Shown here piece by piece: positions 24,387 through 35,500 of a stretch of DNA of 64,000 nt. This stretch comes from Cyanophora paradoxa CCMP329. Taxonomy: Eukaryota > Plantae > Glaucophyta. The stretch is taken from contig QPMI01000625.1 of assembly GCA_004431415.1 (NCBI GenBank), positions 1-64,000 on the forward strand, in the 5' to 3' direction. The first letter of the stretch is position 1. The number at the start of each line of letters is the position of its first letter. A program made the translations under genes and the position numbers. Under the pieces are notes generated by a model. It was not told the origin of the DNA and did no database searches. It worked only from the letters and a program-made list of their open reading frames with translations.

Positions 24387-26781
24387 CTAGTCCTCGTCCG
24401 TGTCGGGTGCCCCGGGGACAGTGTCGCACTGGAGCTCGACGTGGGGCAGCGCGGAGCGCAGGAACTCCACCTTCTCGTTGTCGAGCCCCGCGCACACAGC
24501 CTGCGCCGCGTCGGCCGGGGGCGGTGCGGGGCTCGGAGGCGGGGCGGGGCGGGGGGCGGGCCTTGCCGAGCTCGAGGCGGTGGAGGCGCTCGAGGGCGGT
24601 GGCCATCTCGACGTCCTCGCAGATGCCGCACTCCGACTCGAGCCGCAGCACCCGCACCCCCCGCGCCTCCCGCGCGATGCGCAGCGCCAGGCCCGCCGGG
24701 ATGCCGCCCCCCTCGTTGTTCTGCGCCGCCTCAGGGGTGCGCGGGGCGCGGGGTGGCGGGCGGAGCGGGCTTTGAGGGAGACGGTGCGGAGGTTGCGCCA
24801 GGCGACGAGGGGGCCCTGCGCGAGCGCCCCCATCGTCGCCTCGTTGCACAGCAGCGAGAGCGACTGCGCGCGCGTCAGCCACGCGGCGCGGCGCGCGAGG
24901 CGGCGCGGCGCGCGCCTCGAGGTTGGCGAGCTGCCGCAGCGCGTCCGCCAGCCGCTCGCACCCCGCTGGCGTCATTCGAAAGCCCTGCCCCCGCCCGTGA
25001 GGCCCCGCCGGCGCGGCGCGGCCCGGGTGCGAACCTGCATCCAGAGGAGGCGGAGGGTGCCGGCAGCGGCGGCGAGGGGGCCCACGTCGGCCGGCTGCGG
25101 CGAGGTGGGCTGGAGATGGCTGGCGAGGGGGCGGGGCGGGGCGGGCACGGCAGTGACGTGGATGGAGAGGTCGTCGAGCTTCGGCAGCTGCGCGACGAAG
25201 GCGAGGGACTGGCAGTGCGCCCCGAGGTTCAGGCCCCGCAGGTTCGTCAGGCCGCCGATCGGCGCCAGCTCGGCCTCCCCCGTCGTCAGCACCGCGTACT
25301 TGCCGCTCGGCGACCGGAACTGCACCTGCGCCGGCCTCGGACCCGGCCCCGACCCGAGGCGGCGGGGCGGGGCGGGGGCGTGCCTCGAGGCGCTGGAGAG
25401 AGCGCATGGAGCCGAGGATGCGGAGGGCGGCCCCGGCGCCGCTCTCCTGCTGGCCCACTGCTGCGGAGTGAGGCGACGGGGGCGCGCCGGCGGCTCTCTT
25501 GTGGGCGGGCGGATCACCGTAAACGTGGACGAGGAGGACGCGGAGGGCCGAGATGGAGGCCAGCGCCTGCAGCTGCGGCAGCTCGAGCGGAATGTGGTTC
25601 CTGCCGCCCCTCAGCGCCCCCGCCGGGGCGCGGCGGGGCGCGGCGGGGCGCGGCGGGGCGGACAGCTTGATGGTGTCGAGAAGGGAGAGGCGCGAGAAGA
25701 GACGGAGCGTGCTCTGCAGCGACTGCGACCGGAAGCGCTTCGACTGGGGCGAGCGCAGCAGCTTCTCCGAGACCTGCGGGGCCCGGTGGGCAGCCGGCGG
25801 CGGCGGCGGCCGGGCCTCCGCACCCAGAGGGCGAGGATGCGGAGATTGTGCATGCTGCGAAGCACGGGGAGGGCCTGCGGGGGAGGTGGGCGGGAGGGGC
25901 CTCGGGGCGGGGCGGGGTGGGGCGGACGGCGAGGGGCAGCTTCTGGACCTCCTCCTCGGGGAAGGAGATGGTGAGCGACTCGAGCGTCTCCGCGAACGCC
26001 GGCGCCAGCTCCCGCAGCGCGTTCACCTGCCGCCCATTAGCGCCCCGCCCCCGCCCCAGCGCCCCCCGGCGGCGGCGCACCCCGATGCGGGCGTCGATGA
26101 GGCCAAGGCGCTTTACTCCGCGCCGCACTTCGGGCGAGAGCGACGTCAGGTACTGAAGCGCCGTGTCCGTCGGGCCCCGCACGACGATCCTGCGCCCCGC
26201 CGCCCCCTCAACCGCCGGCGCCGCCGCGCCCCTGCGTCGGCCTCACCGCTCCCAAATCTCGGGCTCCATGGCGACTCGCTTGAATCGCCGGCACACCAGG
26301 CGCAGTTGCACCAAGCTCCTCAGGTCAACGTCGCTCGGCGCATCGCGCTCGTCCTGTCATCTCGGCGTCATCATAAGCGCCCTCCCCTCGCGGGGCTCAG
26401 CGGACCAAGAGAGACACGCGGTCGGGGTGGATACGCTTCCACGTTCTTCCGGCTGCGATGCACAGGATGCGCGCCTGCGAGGGGTGCGGTTGGCGCGGTT
26501 GGCCCGCGGGGCGCGGGTGCAAAACGAAGACAGCCGCTTACCAGGAGGGCATCGGGAAGGCAAGCAAAGATGTTAGCGGTCTCGCCTTGCGCAAGCGACC
26601 GGGAGACAACGGATGATGATGCAGACGAGGAAGCGGAGGGACGCCCATCGCCGCCACTCAACGGCGACGCATCCGCTGACCCTGCAGAGAGAGCGACAGG
26701 ATCTTAAGAAGCAGGAGCGGCTGGAAGAGACTGGAGCGCACCCGCGGAGGTGCGCTGCCGCTTGGCGGTACGCGTGCTCAT
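24387..26781 (-). CDS. F-box / leucine-rich-repeat protein
   Basis: Spliced FACLPDALL|ARIL...DLRSLVQLRLVCRRFKRVAMEPEIWER (F-box), then LRRs (LTNLRGLNL, LPKLDDLSI, WRNLRTVSL, LERLHRLEL). ATG at 26781, stop at 24387. Confidence 0.85.
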
Positions 26782-27267
26782 CTCTAGAGGCTACTGTGGC
26801 GCAGGGCTGCTGGATTTTCGAGCAGTATGTAGGCTTGCTTGTTTCCGACGACCCCCCGCAGCTTTAGTGCGAACGAAGGTTAGGGGGATCAAACCAGAGG
26901 GGGGGATAAACCAACGGGGGGAGAGGGGAGGGGGGGGAAAGCGGGGACCGCCGCACATTTAAGCTTACAAACGGCCGATGGCGGTTATAAGGCCTCTGGT
27001 TGACGTCCTGCGAACTCGACATTTCCACAAAAAAGCCGACGACAACGCCGCGCGCCCCGACGCCGCCAACACGCACCGACGCCGCCGACCGACCGACGTC
27101 GAAGTCGCCGTGAACTTTGAACCATGCCTCCGATCGCTGATATCGCTCCGCACGCCGACGCGCTGCTGCACGGGCCCGTCAAGGGCGGGTCGATCGTCCC
27201 GGAGAAGCGGTAAAAGCGCCTGATCACGCGCGCGTGCGCGCGCGCGACTCGCGTCCGATGTGGCCGC

Positions 27268-30200
27268 ATGCGCAGAGTGTGGGCGTTCGGCCCGGGCTTC
27301 TCCGCGCCCCCCCTCGACCGTACTGTACTCGGTAAGTATTTCGTGGCCCCGCGCGCGGGCTTCGTTCGAATTTCAAATCGACGCACGCTGACATTGTCCG
27401 GCATCCTCGCGCTCCACTGCCAGGAGGCAAGGGCTACGGGGTGGTCCGCACGCGCCCTTGAAGTGTCCCTGCAGCCGACTGACGCTGCACTGCGGCAGGC
27501 TCAGATGAGCGCGGTGGGGATCCCTGTGCCGCCGGGCTTTATTTTGCAGACCTCGGAATGCGCCCGCTACAAGGTCCGGTCCGGATTCGCGCCGGGCGGT
27601 CGGCCCCGGCCCGCGGCCCGACCGAATTGACTTTTCACGTGCCTCGTGGTCGCAGGCAGCGGGGCGGAGGCTCGACGAGGCGTTGCGAGCGGAGGTCCGG
27701 GGGGCGCTCGCGGCGCTCGAGGGGGCGATGGGCCTGCGGCTCGGGGACGCGGAGAGCCCGCTGCTCGTCTCCGTGCGCTCGGGGGCCCGTGTCTCCATGC
27801 CCGGCATGATGGACACGGCGAGCAGCGCCGGCCGCGCGCGCGGGGCGCCGGCGAGAGGGCTGAGAGCGGGGGCGGGGGCAGGTGCTCAACCTCGGGTGCA
27901 ACGACGCCTCCGTGGAGGGCTTCGCGCGCGCCACCGGCAACGCGCGCCTCGCCTGGGACGTGCGCCACGTGCCCGTCGGCGTGCGGCGGCGGGGGCGGGT
28001 GGCCATGAGCGGGGCCGGGGCGCAGTCGTACCGGCGGTTCGTGGAGATGTTCGCGGACGTCGTCATGCACGTCGAGCGGGGGCCCTTCAAGGAGGCGCTG
28101 GACGAGCTCAAGGCCGCCGAGGGCGCCCCCTTCGACGTCGACCTCTCCCCCGACGCCCTCCGCCGCGCCGCCGCCACCAACAAGGCCATCTTCCGCCAGC
28201 ACGTGCGCCTTCCCGCGCCGCCGCGCGCCTCCGGGCGGGGAGCTTTGCGGGGGCCGAGGGGCGGAGCGGGCAGACGGGGCGGGAGTTCCCGCAGGAGGCG
28301 GAGGAGCAGCTCTTCGCGGCGATCGCCGCCGTCTTCGACTCGTGGGACTCCGAGCGCGCCCAGGTCTACCGCCGCCTCAACGTCCGCCCCCGGCCCCCCG
28401 CGCCGCCGCCGCCGCCGACGCCCCGGCAGGCCATCGACGACTCCTGGGGCACCGCCGTCGTCGTCCAGGCGCGCTGCGCTGCCGGCCCCGCCCCCGCCCC
28501 CGCTCACTCCCGCCCCGCAGGCGATGGTCTTCGGCAACCGCGGCGCCACCTCCGGCACCGGCGTCGCCTTCGTGCGCCGCCGCGCCCCGAAGGCCGCGCG
28601 CCCCGCCCACCGCGCCCCGCCGCCAGACGCGGAACCCGATGACGGGCGAGGAGCGCATGTTCGGCGAGTTCCTCATCAACGCCCAGTGCGTCCGTGAATC
28701 CATCATCGCCCATTCTCTCGGTCCGCAGCTCGAACCGGGTGTTCCCGCGCTCTCGCAGGGGCGAGGACGTGGTGGCGGGGACGAGGACGCCGTTCCCCCT
28801 CACCGTGCGCCAGCGGGCCGAGTCGGGGGCGGAGCACGCGGGGCTGCCGACGCTGGAGGAGGCGATGCCGGAGGTGTACGAGGCGCTGGTGAGGACGGGC
28901 AAGGCCCTCGAGGAGCACTTCGGGGACATGCAGGACATCGAGTTCACCATCGACGCCGGCCGCCTCTTCCTCCTCCAGACGCGCACGGGCAAGCGGACGG
29001 GCTTCGCCGCCGTGCGGATCGCGGCGGAGATGCTGCGGGCGGGTCTGACGACGGAGGCGGGGGCCCTGCAGCAGATCCAGCCCGACCAGCTCTCCCAGGC
29101 CCGCCCCGCCCCGCCGCCCCGCGCCCCCGCCCCGCCCCGCCTGACGCCGCCGCCGCGCAGCTGCTCTCGCCCGTGTTCGACGCGGCGGCGAAGAGGGCGG
29201 CGGCGGGGCGCAGGGCGGCCAAGGGCTTCAACGCCGGCCCCGGGTGCGCCCCCCGCCGGCCCCCCGGGGGTGGCGGCGGCCGCTGAGGGCGGGGCAGGGC
29301 GGCTACGGGCGTGCTCGTGCTCTCCTCGGAGCGGGCGCAGGAGTGGGCGGCGGCCGGCCGCAGGGTCCTCCTCGTCCGCGAGGAGACCTCCCCCAACGAC
29401 TACCCCGTCCGCCCCCGGCCCCCGCGCGCCGCCCCGCCCCCAGCTGAGTGGCGCGGGGCAGGGGATGGTGGTCGCGCAGGGGATCCTGACGGCGCGCGGC
29501 GGCTGCACGAGCCACGCGGCGGTGGTGGCGCGCGGCATGGGCAAGCCCTGCGTCGTCGGCTGCTCCACGCTCTCGATCGACGAGGCGCGCGGGGTCGTCA
29601 CGGCGGGCGACACGGGCCTCGAGGCGCGCGAGGGGGACCCGATCGCCGTCGACGGCTTCACGGGCGAGGTCTTCTTCTGCCACCTCGAGACCTCCCCCTC
29701 GGAGGCCCGCCACCCGCCCCGCCCCGCCCGGGCCCGCGGCGACTCGGCGCGCAGATCGTGCAGGTCCTCATCAACAAGAGCCTCGCCCCCGAGGACTCGG
29801 CCCTCTTCCAGGACTACCAGGCCCGCCCGCCGGCCCGCCCCGCGGGGGTGCGCTGCGGGGGCCCTGAGGGCTCGCGGGCGGGGGCAGTTGATCATGGAGG
29901 CGGCGGACGGGGCGCGGCGGCTGCACGTGCGGACCAACGCCGACACGCCGCGCGACGCCGCCATCGCCCGCGCCTTCGGCGCCGAGGGCATCGGCCTCGT
30001 CCGGTGCGCCCCGCCGCGCGCCGCCCCGCCGCCGTTGCCTTGCTCTGAGCCTGGGCGCTGGGGCGGGGCAGGACGGAGCACATGTTCATGGAGCCGCAGC
30101 GGCTCACGGACGTGCGGCGCATGTTCTTCTCGCGGGACCGGGCCGAGCGGGGCCGGGCGGTGGAGCGGCTGAAGGTGTACCAGCGGGAGGACTTCGTGGG

Positions 30201-31286
30201 GATCTTCGAGGCGATGGCGGGCCTCCCCTGCAACATCCGCCTGCTGGACCCGCCCCTGCACGAGTTCGTGCCGCACTCGGACGAGGAGCTCGCCGAGCTC
30301 GCCCCCAAGCTCGGCCTCTCCGAGCGCGAGCTCCGCGACATGCGGGGCGCCCTCGAGGAGAGCAACCCGATGCTGGGGCACCGCGGCTGCCGCCTCGGCA
30401 TCGTCTACCCCGAGATCACGACGATGCAGGTGCAGGCCATCCTCGAGGCCGCCCTCGAGGTGCCCCCGCCCCGCCCCGCCCCGCCCCGCCCGCCCCGCCC
30501 GCCCCGCCCCGGCCGAGCGGCCGGGCGGGGGGCCAGGTGTCGGCGCGGGGCGTCGAGGTGCACCCGGAGATCATGGTGCCGCTGGTGTGCCTGGCGCGGG
30601 AGCTCGAGCACCAGGTGCTCCTCATCGAGGCGACGGCCGAGGCGCTCTTCGCGGCGGCGGGGCGCCGCGTCGCCTTCACCGTCGGAACCATGATCGAGCA
30701 GCCGCGCGCCGCCCTGCTCGCGGGGGAGGTGAACTAGCTGTTTCTTCATCTCGTGCAGTTCGCTGAACTCTCGTGGTGCAGTTCGCGGTGCATGCGGCCT
30801 ATTTCGACTTCGGCACCAACGACCTCACGCAGACCACCTTCGGCATCTCCCGCGACGACGCCGCCCGGCCCGCCCGCCCGCTCGCCCGCCCCGCCACCGC
30901 CACCGCCGCCCCGCCCCGCTGACGCGGCGCGCAGGTTCCTGACGCCGTACATGGAGGGGATCGAGCACCCGATGCACCCGAACGAGCTGATGGTGATCGT
31001 GCAGAGCGACCCCTTCCAGAAGCTCGACCAGGAGGGCGTCGGGCAGCTCATGCGCATGGCCGTCGAGCGCGGGCGCGCCGTGCGGCCGGACCTCGCGTGC
31101 GGCATCTGCGGGGAGCACGGGGGGGAGCCGAGCTCGGTCAAGTTCTGCCACCGCATCGGCCTCGACTACGTCTCCTGCTCGCCCTTCCGCGTCCCCGTCG
31201 CGCGCCTGGCGGCGGCCCAGGCGGCCGTCGAGGAGCCCGGCTTCGTCTCCGACTCCACCTCCGCGGGCGCCAAGACATGGCTCTAG
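27268..31286 (+). CDS. PPDK: Pyruvate, phosphate dikinase (20 exons, no obvious transit peptide)
   Basis: [31 protein letters not shown]|[42 protein letters not shown] (phospho-His), [55 protein letters not shown]. All 19 introns splice in frame. Confidence 0.98.
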
Positions 31287-31379
31287 ATCTAGATCCGAGC
31301 GGCCCCGGCCCCCGGGCGCTCCGTGTGGATTCCATTTCCCTTTTTGCGGGCAACTGATCAGGGTTTGGTGTACCTTTAT

Positions 31380-32520
31380 GCACACCGTGGCACGTGCACG
31401 CGTACGTGTACGGTATACGTAGTACGTGTTTCAAGTTTTTCCTCGGCTGTACAATTTTGGGACGTCGACGCTTATAACTTATAGTTAGTGATTAGTGTGC
31501 AATTTTGGGGCATTCATGTTCAGTGGCATTTTCAGCCGGCAGTTTTGTAGCAAAGTCGGGGGCCGGAGGGTTATGATCAGTATACGTAGCTTGCGATTGT
31601 GCAAATGCCTGCGATGCGGGGTTTTCGAATTTTCCGCTCTTGATCATCGCGATCGGGTTCTTGATCATGATTCGATGATCAGCGACTCGTGACTAATACT
31701 CGCGATCGGTGAGCTCCGAGACCAGCCTGCAGCGCCACAGCTGCAGTACTAGTGCCACGGTGCACGTGATCATGATCATGCATATGATCACGATCGCTTG
31801 TACAGTAGATGTACATGTAGTACAACCGTGAACTACCTAGTGCCCCAGGCCTATAGCTATAGCTACGGGGTCACGGTCGACTCGGCGATTAGGCAGTACT
31901 ATATATAGCTAGTCACTGAGTGTGAATATATCTCCCGGGTCCGAGTGCCACTGGCCACGCCGTAACGGTCATGAAGCCATGGCCCCCGCCATGGCCAGCC
32001 GCGGGTCGTGCCCGCCGGGCCGCGGGGCGGGGCCCGCGGCCCTTACTAAGTAACTAAGTTAAGCTTCAGCCGCCGGACGTCGATGGAGCCTCGGAGGGCC
32101 GCCGGGCCCCCGGGCCCCCGGGGCCACTACTATAGCTAGTATACGTAGTACTAGGCCAGCGCGTGATGGGGATGCAGGGCATTCGCGATCGATGCCATGA
32201 TGCCATGATGATCTCAGAGTCTGGGGGGCCTCGGGAGTCGGGCCTGGCCAATTGCCGCAGTGGCAAGAGGGATCCGGATCCGGATCATCATGATCCGATG
32301 ATCATTATGCCATCATTGGACCCGGGATGGCATGGCTGGCTGCCATTTCAAAAACTTGAAAGTTTCAAGTTCGAATTCAAAGCTAAACTTGAAAGGTTGC
32401 CATCTGCATTCAGACGCCTGACTCTTGATCATTGAGCCCGATTTAGCTTGTGTGGCACGACTCGCGATAGGTTGCAATTGAAGCTTCGAATTCGAATTCA
32501 CGGGAAATAATCGAATTCGC
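31380..32520. repeat. Intergenic spacer made of overlapping short palindromes
   Basis: Examples: cacgtgatcatgatcatgcatatgatc, ctatagctatagct, gggcccccgggcccccggggcc, gatccggatccggatc, aagcttcgaattcgaattc. Confidence 0.8.
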
Positions 32521-32524
32521 GCGC

Positions 32525-35500
32525 CTAAATGATGTCGTCCTTGGCGGGAGGGGCCGGGATCGGCGGCGCAGCGGGCGGCGCAGCTGGGAGGCGGGGCGGG
32601 GGAGGGGGCGGGGCGGGGGCGACGTGCGGGGCGGGGCGGGCGGGAGTCAAGGGGACGTCGAAGCTGGGGGCCGGGGTGGAGGGGGTGCCGAGCGGGGCCC
32701 CGCGGGGGGCTCTGCAGCGGCGTGCCCCGACGTCCGCGAGCAGCGGCCGCGCCGGCGTCTCCAGCCCCGCCGGCGACGGCCGTCCGGGCTTGGGGGCGGC
32801 CCCGCGGGAGCCCCGGCCCGCCTGCGGGGCCGGGCTTGGCAGGGGCGGGGCCGGGGGACGGGGCGGGGGCGGGGGCGGGGCCGGGGAGGAGGAAGCGGAG
32901 GGCGGGGGCGGGGCGGACGAGGCGGGCGGCGACGAGGCGCTGGTAGCCGAGCACCAGGCCGCTCCCCGTCCAGTACACCTGCCGCCCCTCAGCGTCCCCT
33001 CCCGGCCCCGCGAGCCCCGGGGGGAGGCCCCCGCCCCGCGCCGCCGCCACCAACCCCCTTTCTGCCTGGCCCGACCTATCCGAGCAAATTTGTTTTTCCC
33101 GCGCCGCCGCCACGCACCGCGAAGAGGACGCAGAGGAGGATGCCGAAGATGGTGCCGCCGGAGAGGGGCGGGGCGGGGCCGGCGCAGCCCTCGCACACGG
33201 CCGCCAGCGCGTAGACAGTGTCGGCGGAGGCCCAGCACGCCGCCGGCGGGCTCGCCACCGGGGCCCCCGCGGGGGCGGAGCAGAGGAGGAGGAGGGCGGA
33301 GCAGGCGGCGGGGACGGCGAGCTGCGCGCGCCCCGCGGAGGCCGGGGCGGAGGGGAGGAGGACGGCGGCGCGGGGGGCGAGGGCGGCGATGGCGGCGCGC
33401 GGGTCGGCGCGGACGTTGGGCGGGAGGCAGAGGTACTCCACGCGGACCGCCGCCTGGCCCCCGAGGGCCCGAAAGGAGACCGAGAAGCGCGCCCCCGGCT
33501 CGGCGCGCAGCACCCCGGGCGCCGCCGCCGCGCTCAGCAACGACGGCTGCGCCCCGAAGCCGGGAAGCGCGTAGAGGCCGAGGGTCTGGGGCAGGCCTGG
33601 GGGCGGGGGTGAGAGGCGGGGGCGGGGGCGCGGGGGCGGGGGCGGGGAGCGGGGACCGGCGACGGTCTCGCCGAGCTGGGCGGGGGCGTCCCAGAGGAGC
33701 CCGAGGGCGCCCGTGTCGTACACCACCCCCGTGTGCAGCGCGCCCCGCGCCAGGCCCTCCCGCGCCCGCCGCACCGCCCCCGCAACCGCCCCCGTCCCCG
33801 CCACCCGCACGCCTCGTGGCACGGCGCCAGGTCGGCCGCCCCGCCGGCGGCGCCCATGCTGGTGGAGGGTGGGCGGGGCGGAGGGCGGGGGCGGGAGGGG
33901 CGGGCGGACCGCGAGGTGCCGTTCCTGAAGAGACCGACCTGCAGAGGCCCCGCTCAAGATCGCAACCCTCGCGATCTCGCATCGCGGCTACCGTCGCGAG
34001 GGCGATCGAGCGCCGCACGGCCGTCTCCGTCCGCTTCAGCGCCGACGAGAGCAGCCGCCCCGCCCCGGGGGCCCGGCCCCCCTCGAAGCTGCCCCGCCCC
34101 GCTCGCCGCGGCGCGGTGGGGCGCTGCGGCGGGGCGGGGCGGGAGCTGCGCGGCGCGCACGTCGTCTCGTACTCGTCGGCGTCGACGCCGATGACCCACG
34201 CGGGGGCCCCCCGCGCCGACGCCGCCTGCGCCCCGTCAGCCTCGCCCCGGCGGGGCCGGCGGGGCGGCGGGGCCCACCGGATGGCGGCGGAGCCGGCGCT
34301 GCCGGCGCAGCCGAACACCACATCCGCCCCCGCCCCGCGGCCGCCTCCCCGGCCGCGGCCCCGGCGGCCTGGGGCGGTGAGGGGCGGGACGGGCGCGGGG
34401 CGCGGGGCGGGGCGCGCACGCGGTCGGAGAAGGAGGGAGGGACCGGGTGAGGACCGTGCAGGCGGGGCACGCGTGGGCGACCCCCCGCGCGAATCCTGCC
34501 ACCGCCCGCCGCACCGGCAGCACCCTCACTGCCGCCCCCGTCAGCTCGAGGGACGGGGCGGGGCGGGGCGGGGCGGGCGCACGGGGCCCGGACACGACAG
34601 CGACGGTTCTGGCGCGGGAGACAGCGCCGGCGAGGACGCCGGCGAGGAAGCCGACCTCGCCATCGGCAAAGGCCGCGCCCTCGATGTTCGGCCCCGCCCC
34701 GGGCGCCACGTGGTCGACGAACGTGAAGAGCAGCCCCGCGTACCTGCGCCGGCGGCCCCTCGCCCCCCGCCCCCCCCGCCCCCCGCGCGGGGCCGGCGGG
34801 GCGCACCGGGAGCGCGCGCAAGCGTAGACGGCGGCGGTGAAGGCCTGGGGGAGGGCAGGTGAGGGCGGGGCGGGGGCGGGGCGGGGCGGGGCGGGGCGGG
34901 CCTCGTCGTGGGAGGCGAGGAAGACGTGGCGGGCGCCGGCGGCGAGCAGCGCCTCGAGGGCCGCCTCGACGTCGGCCGCCCCGCTCGAGGCCGCCCTCGC
35001 CAGCGCCCGCGAGACCCCGAGGCCCGTGAAGCCGCCCTCCCAGATGTTCCGCAGGTAGACCCCCTCCTCCACGCTCTCCCCGGGGCCCAACAGCAGCCCC
35101 GCGCGCCACGGCACCGGGAGCCCCGTCGCGGGGTCCACGCCCGTGCGCATCGCGCCGGCGGTGAGGAGGCCGCGGTAGCGCTGCGGGGCGGGGGCTGAGG
35201 GGGCGCGGGCAGGGAGCGCGGCGCGGGGCACCTCGAGGGCGGCGGGGGTCTGCGGCGGGAGCTTCTTGCAGGCGAGGTAGCAGGGGGTGACCTCCACGAG
35301 CCCCGCCGCGAGGCCCAGCGCGACGACGCCGCCGGAGAAGGGCCGCCGCGCCAGCGCCCGCGCCGCCAGGTCGTACCGGATGATCACCGAGGCGAGGAGG
35401 TTGGCCGAGCCGGCGAGCGCCCCGCTCTGGTAGGAGCTGTAGAACTCGTCGATGCCGGACTCGATCACGAGGAGGCCGGCGGCGGCGGCCCGCGTCGAGA

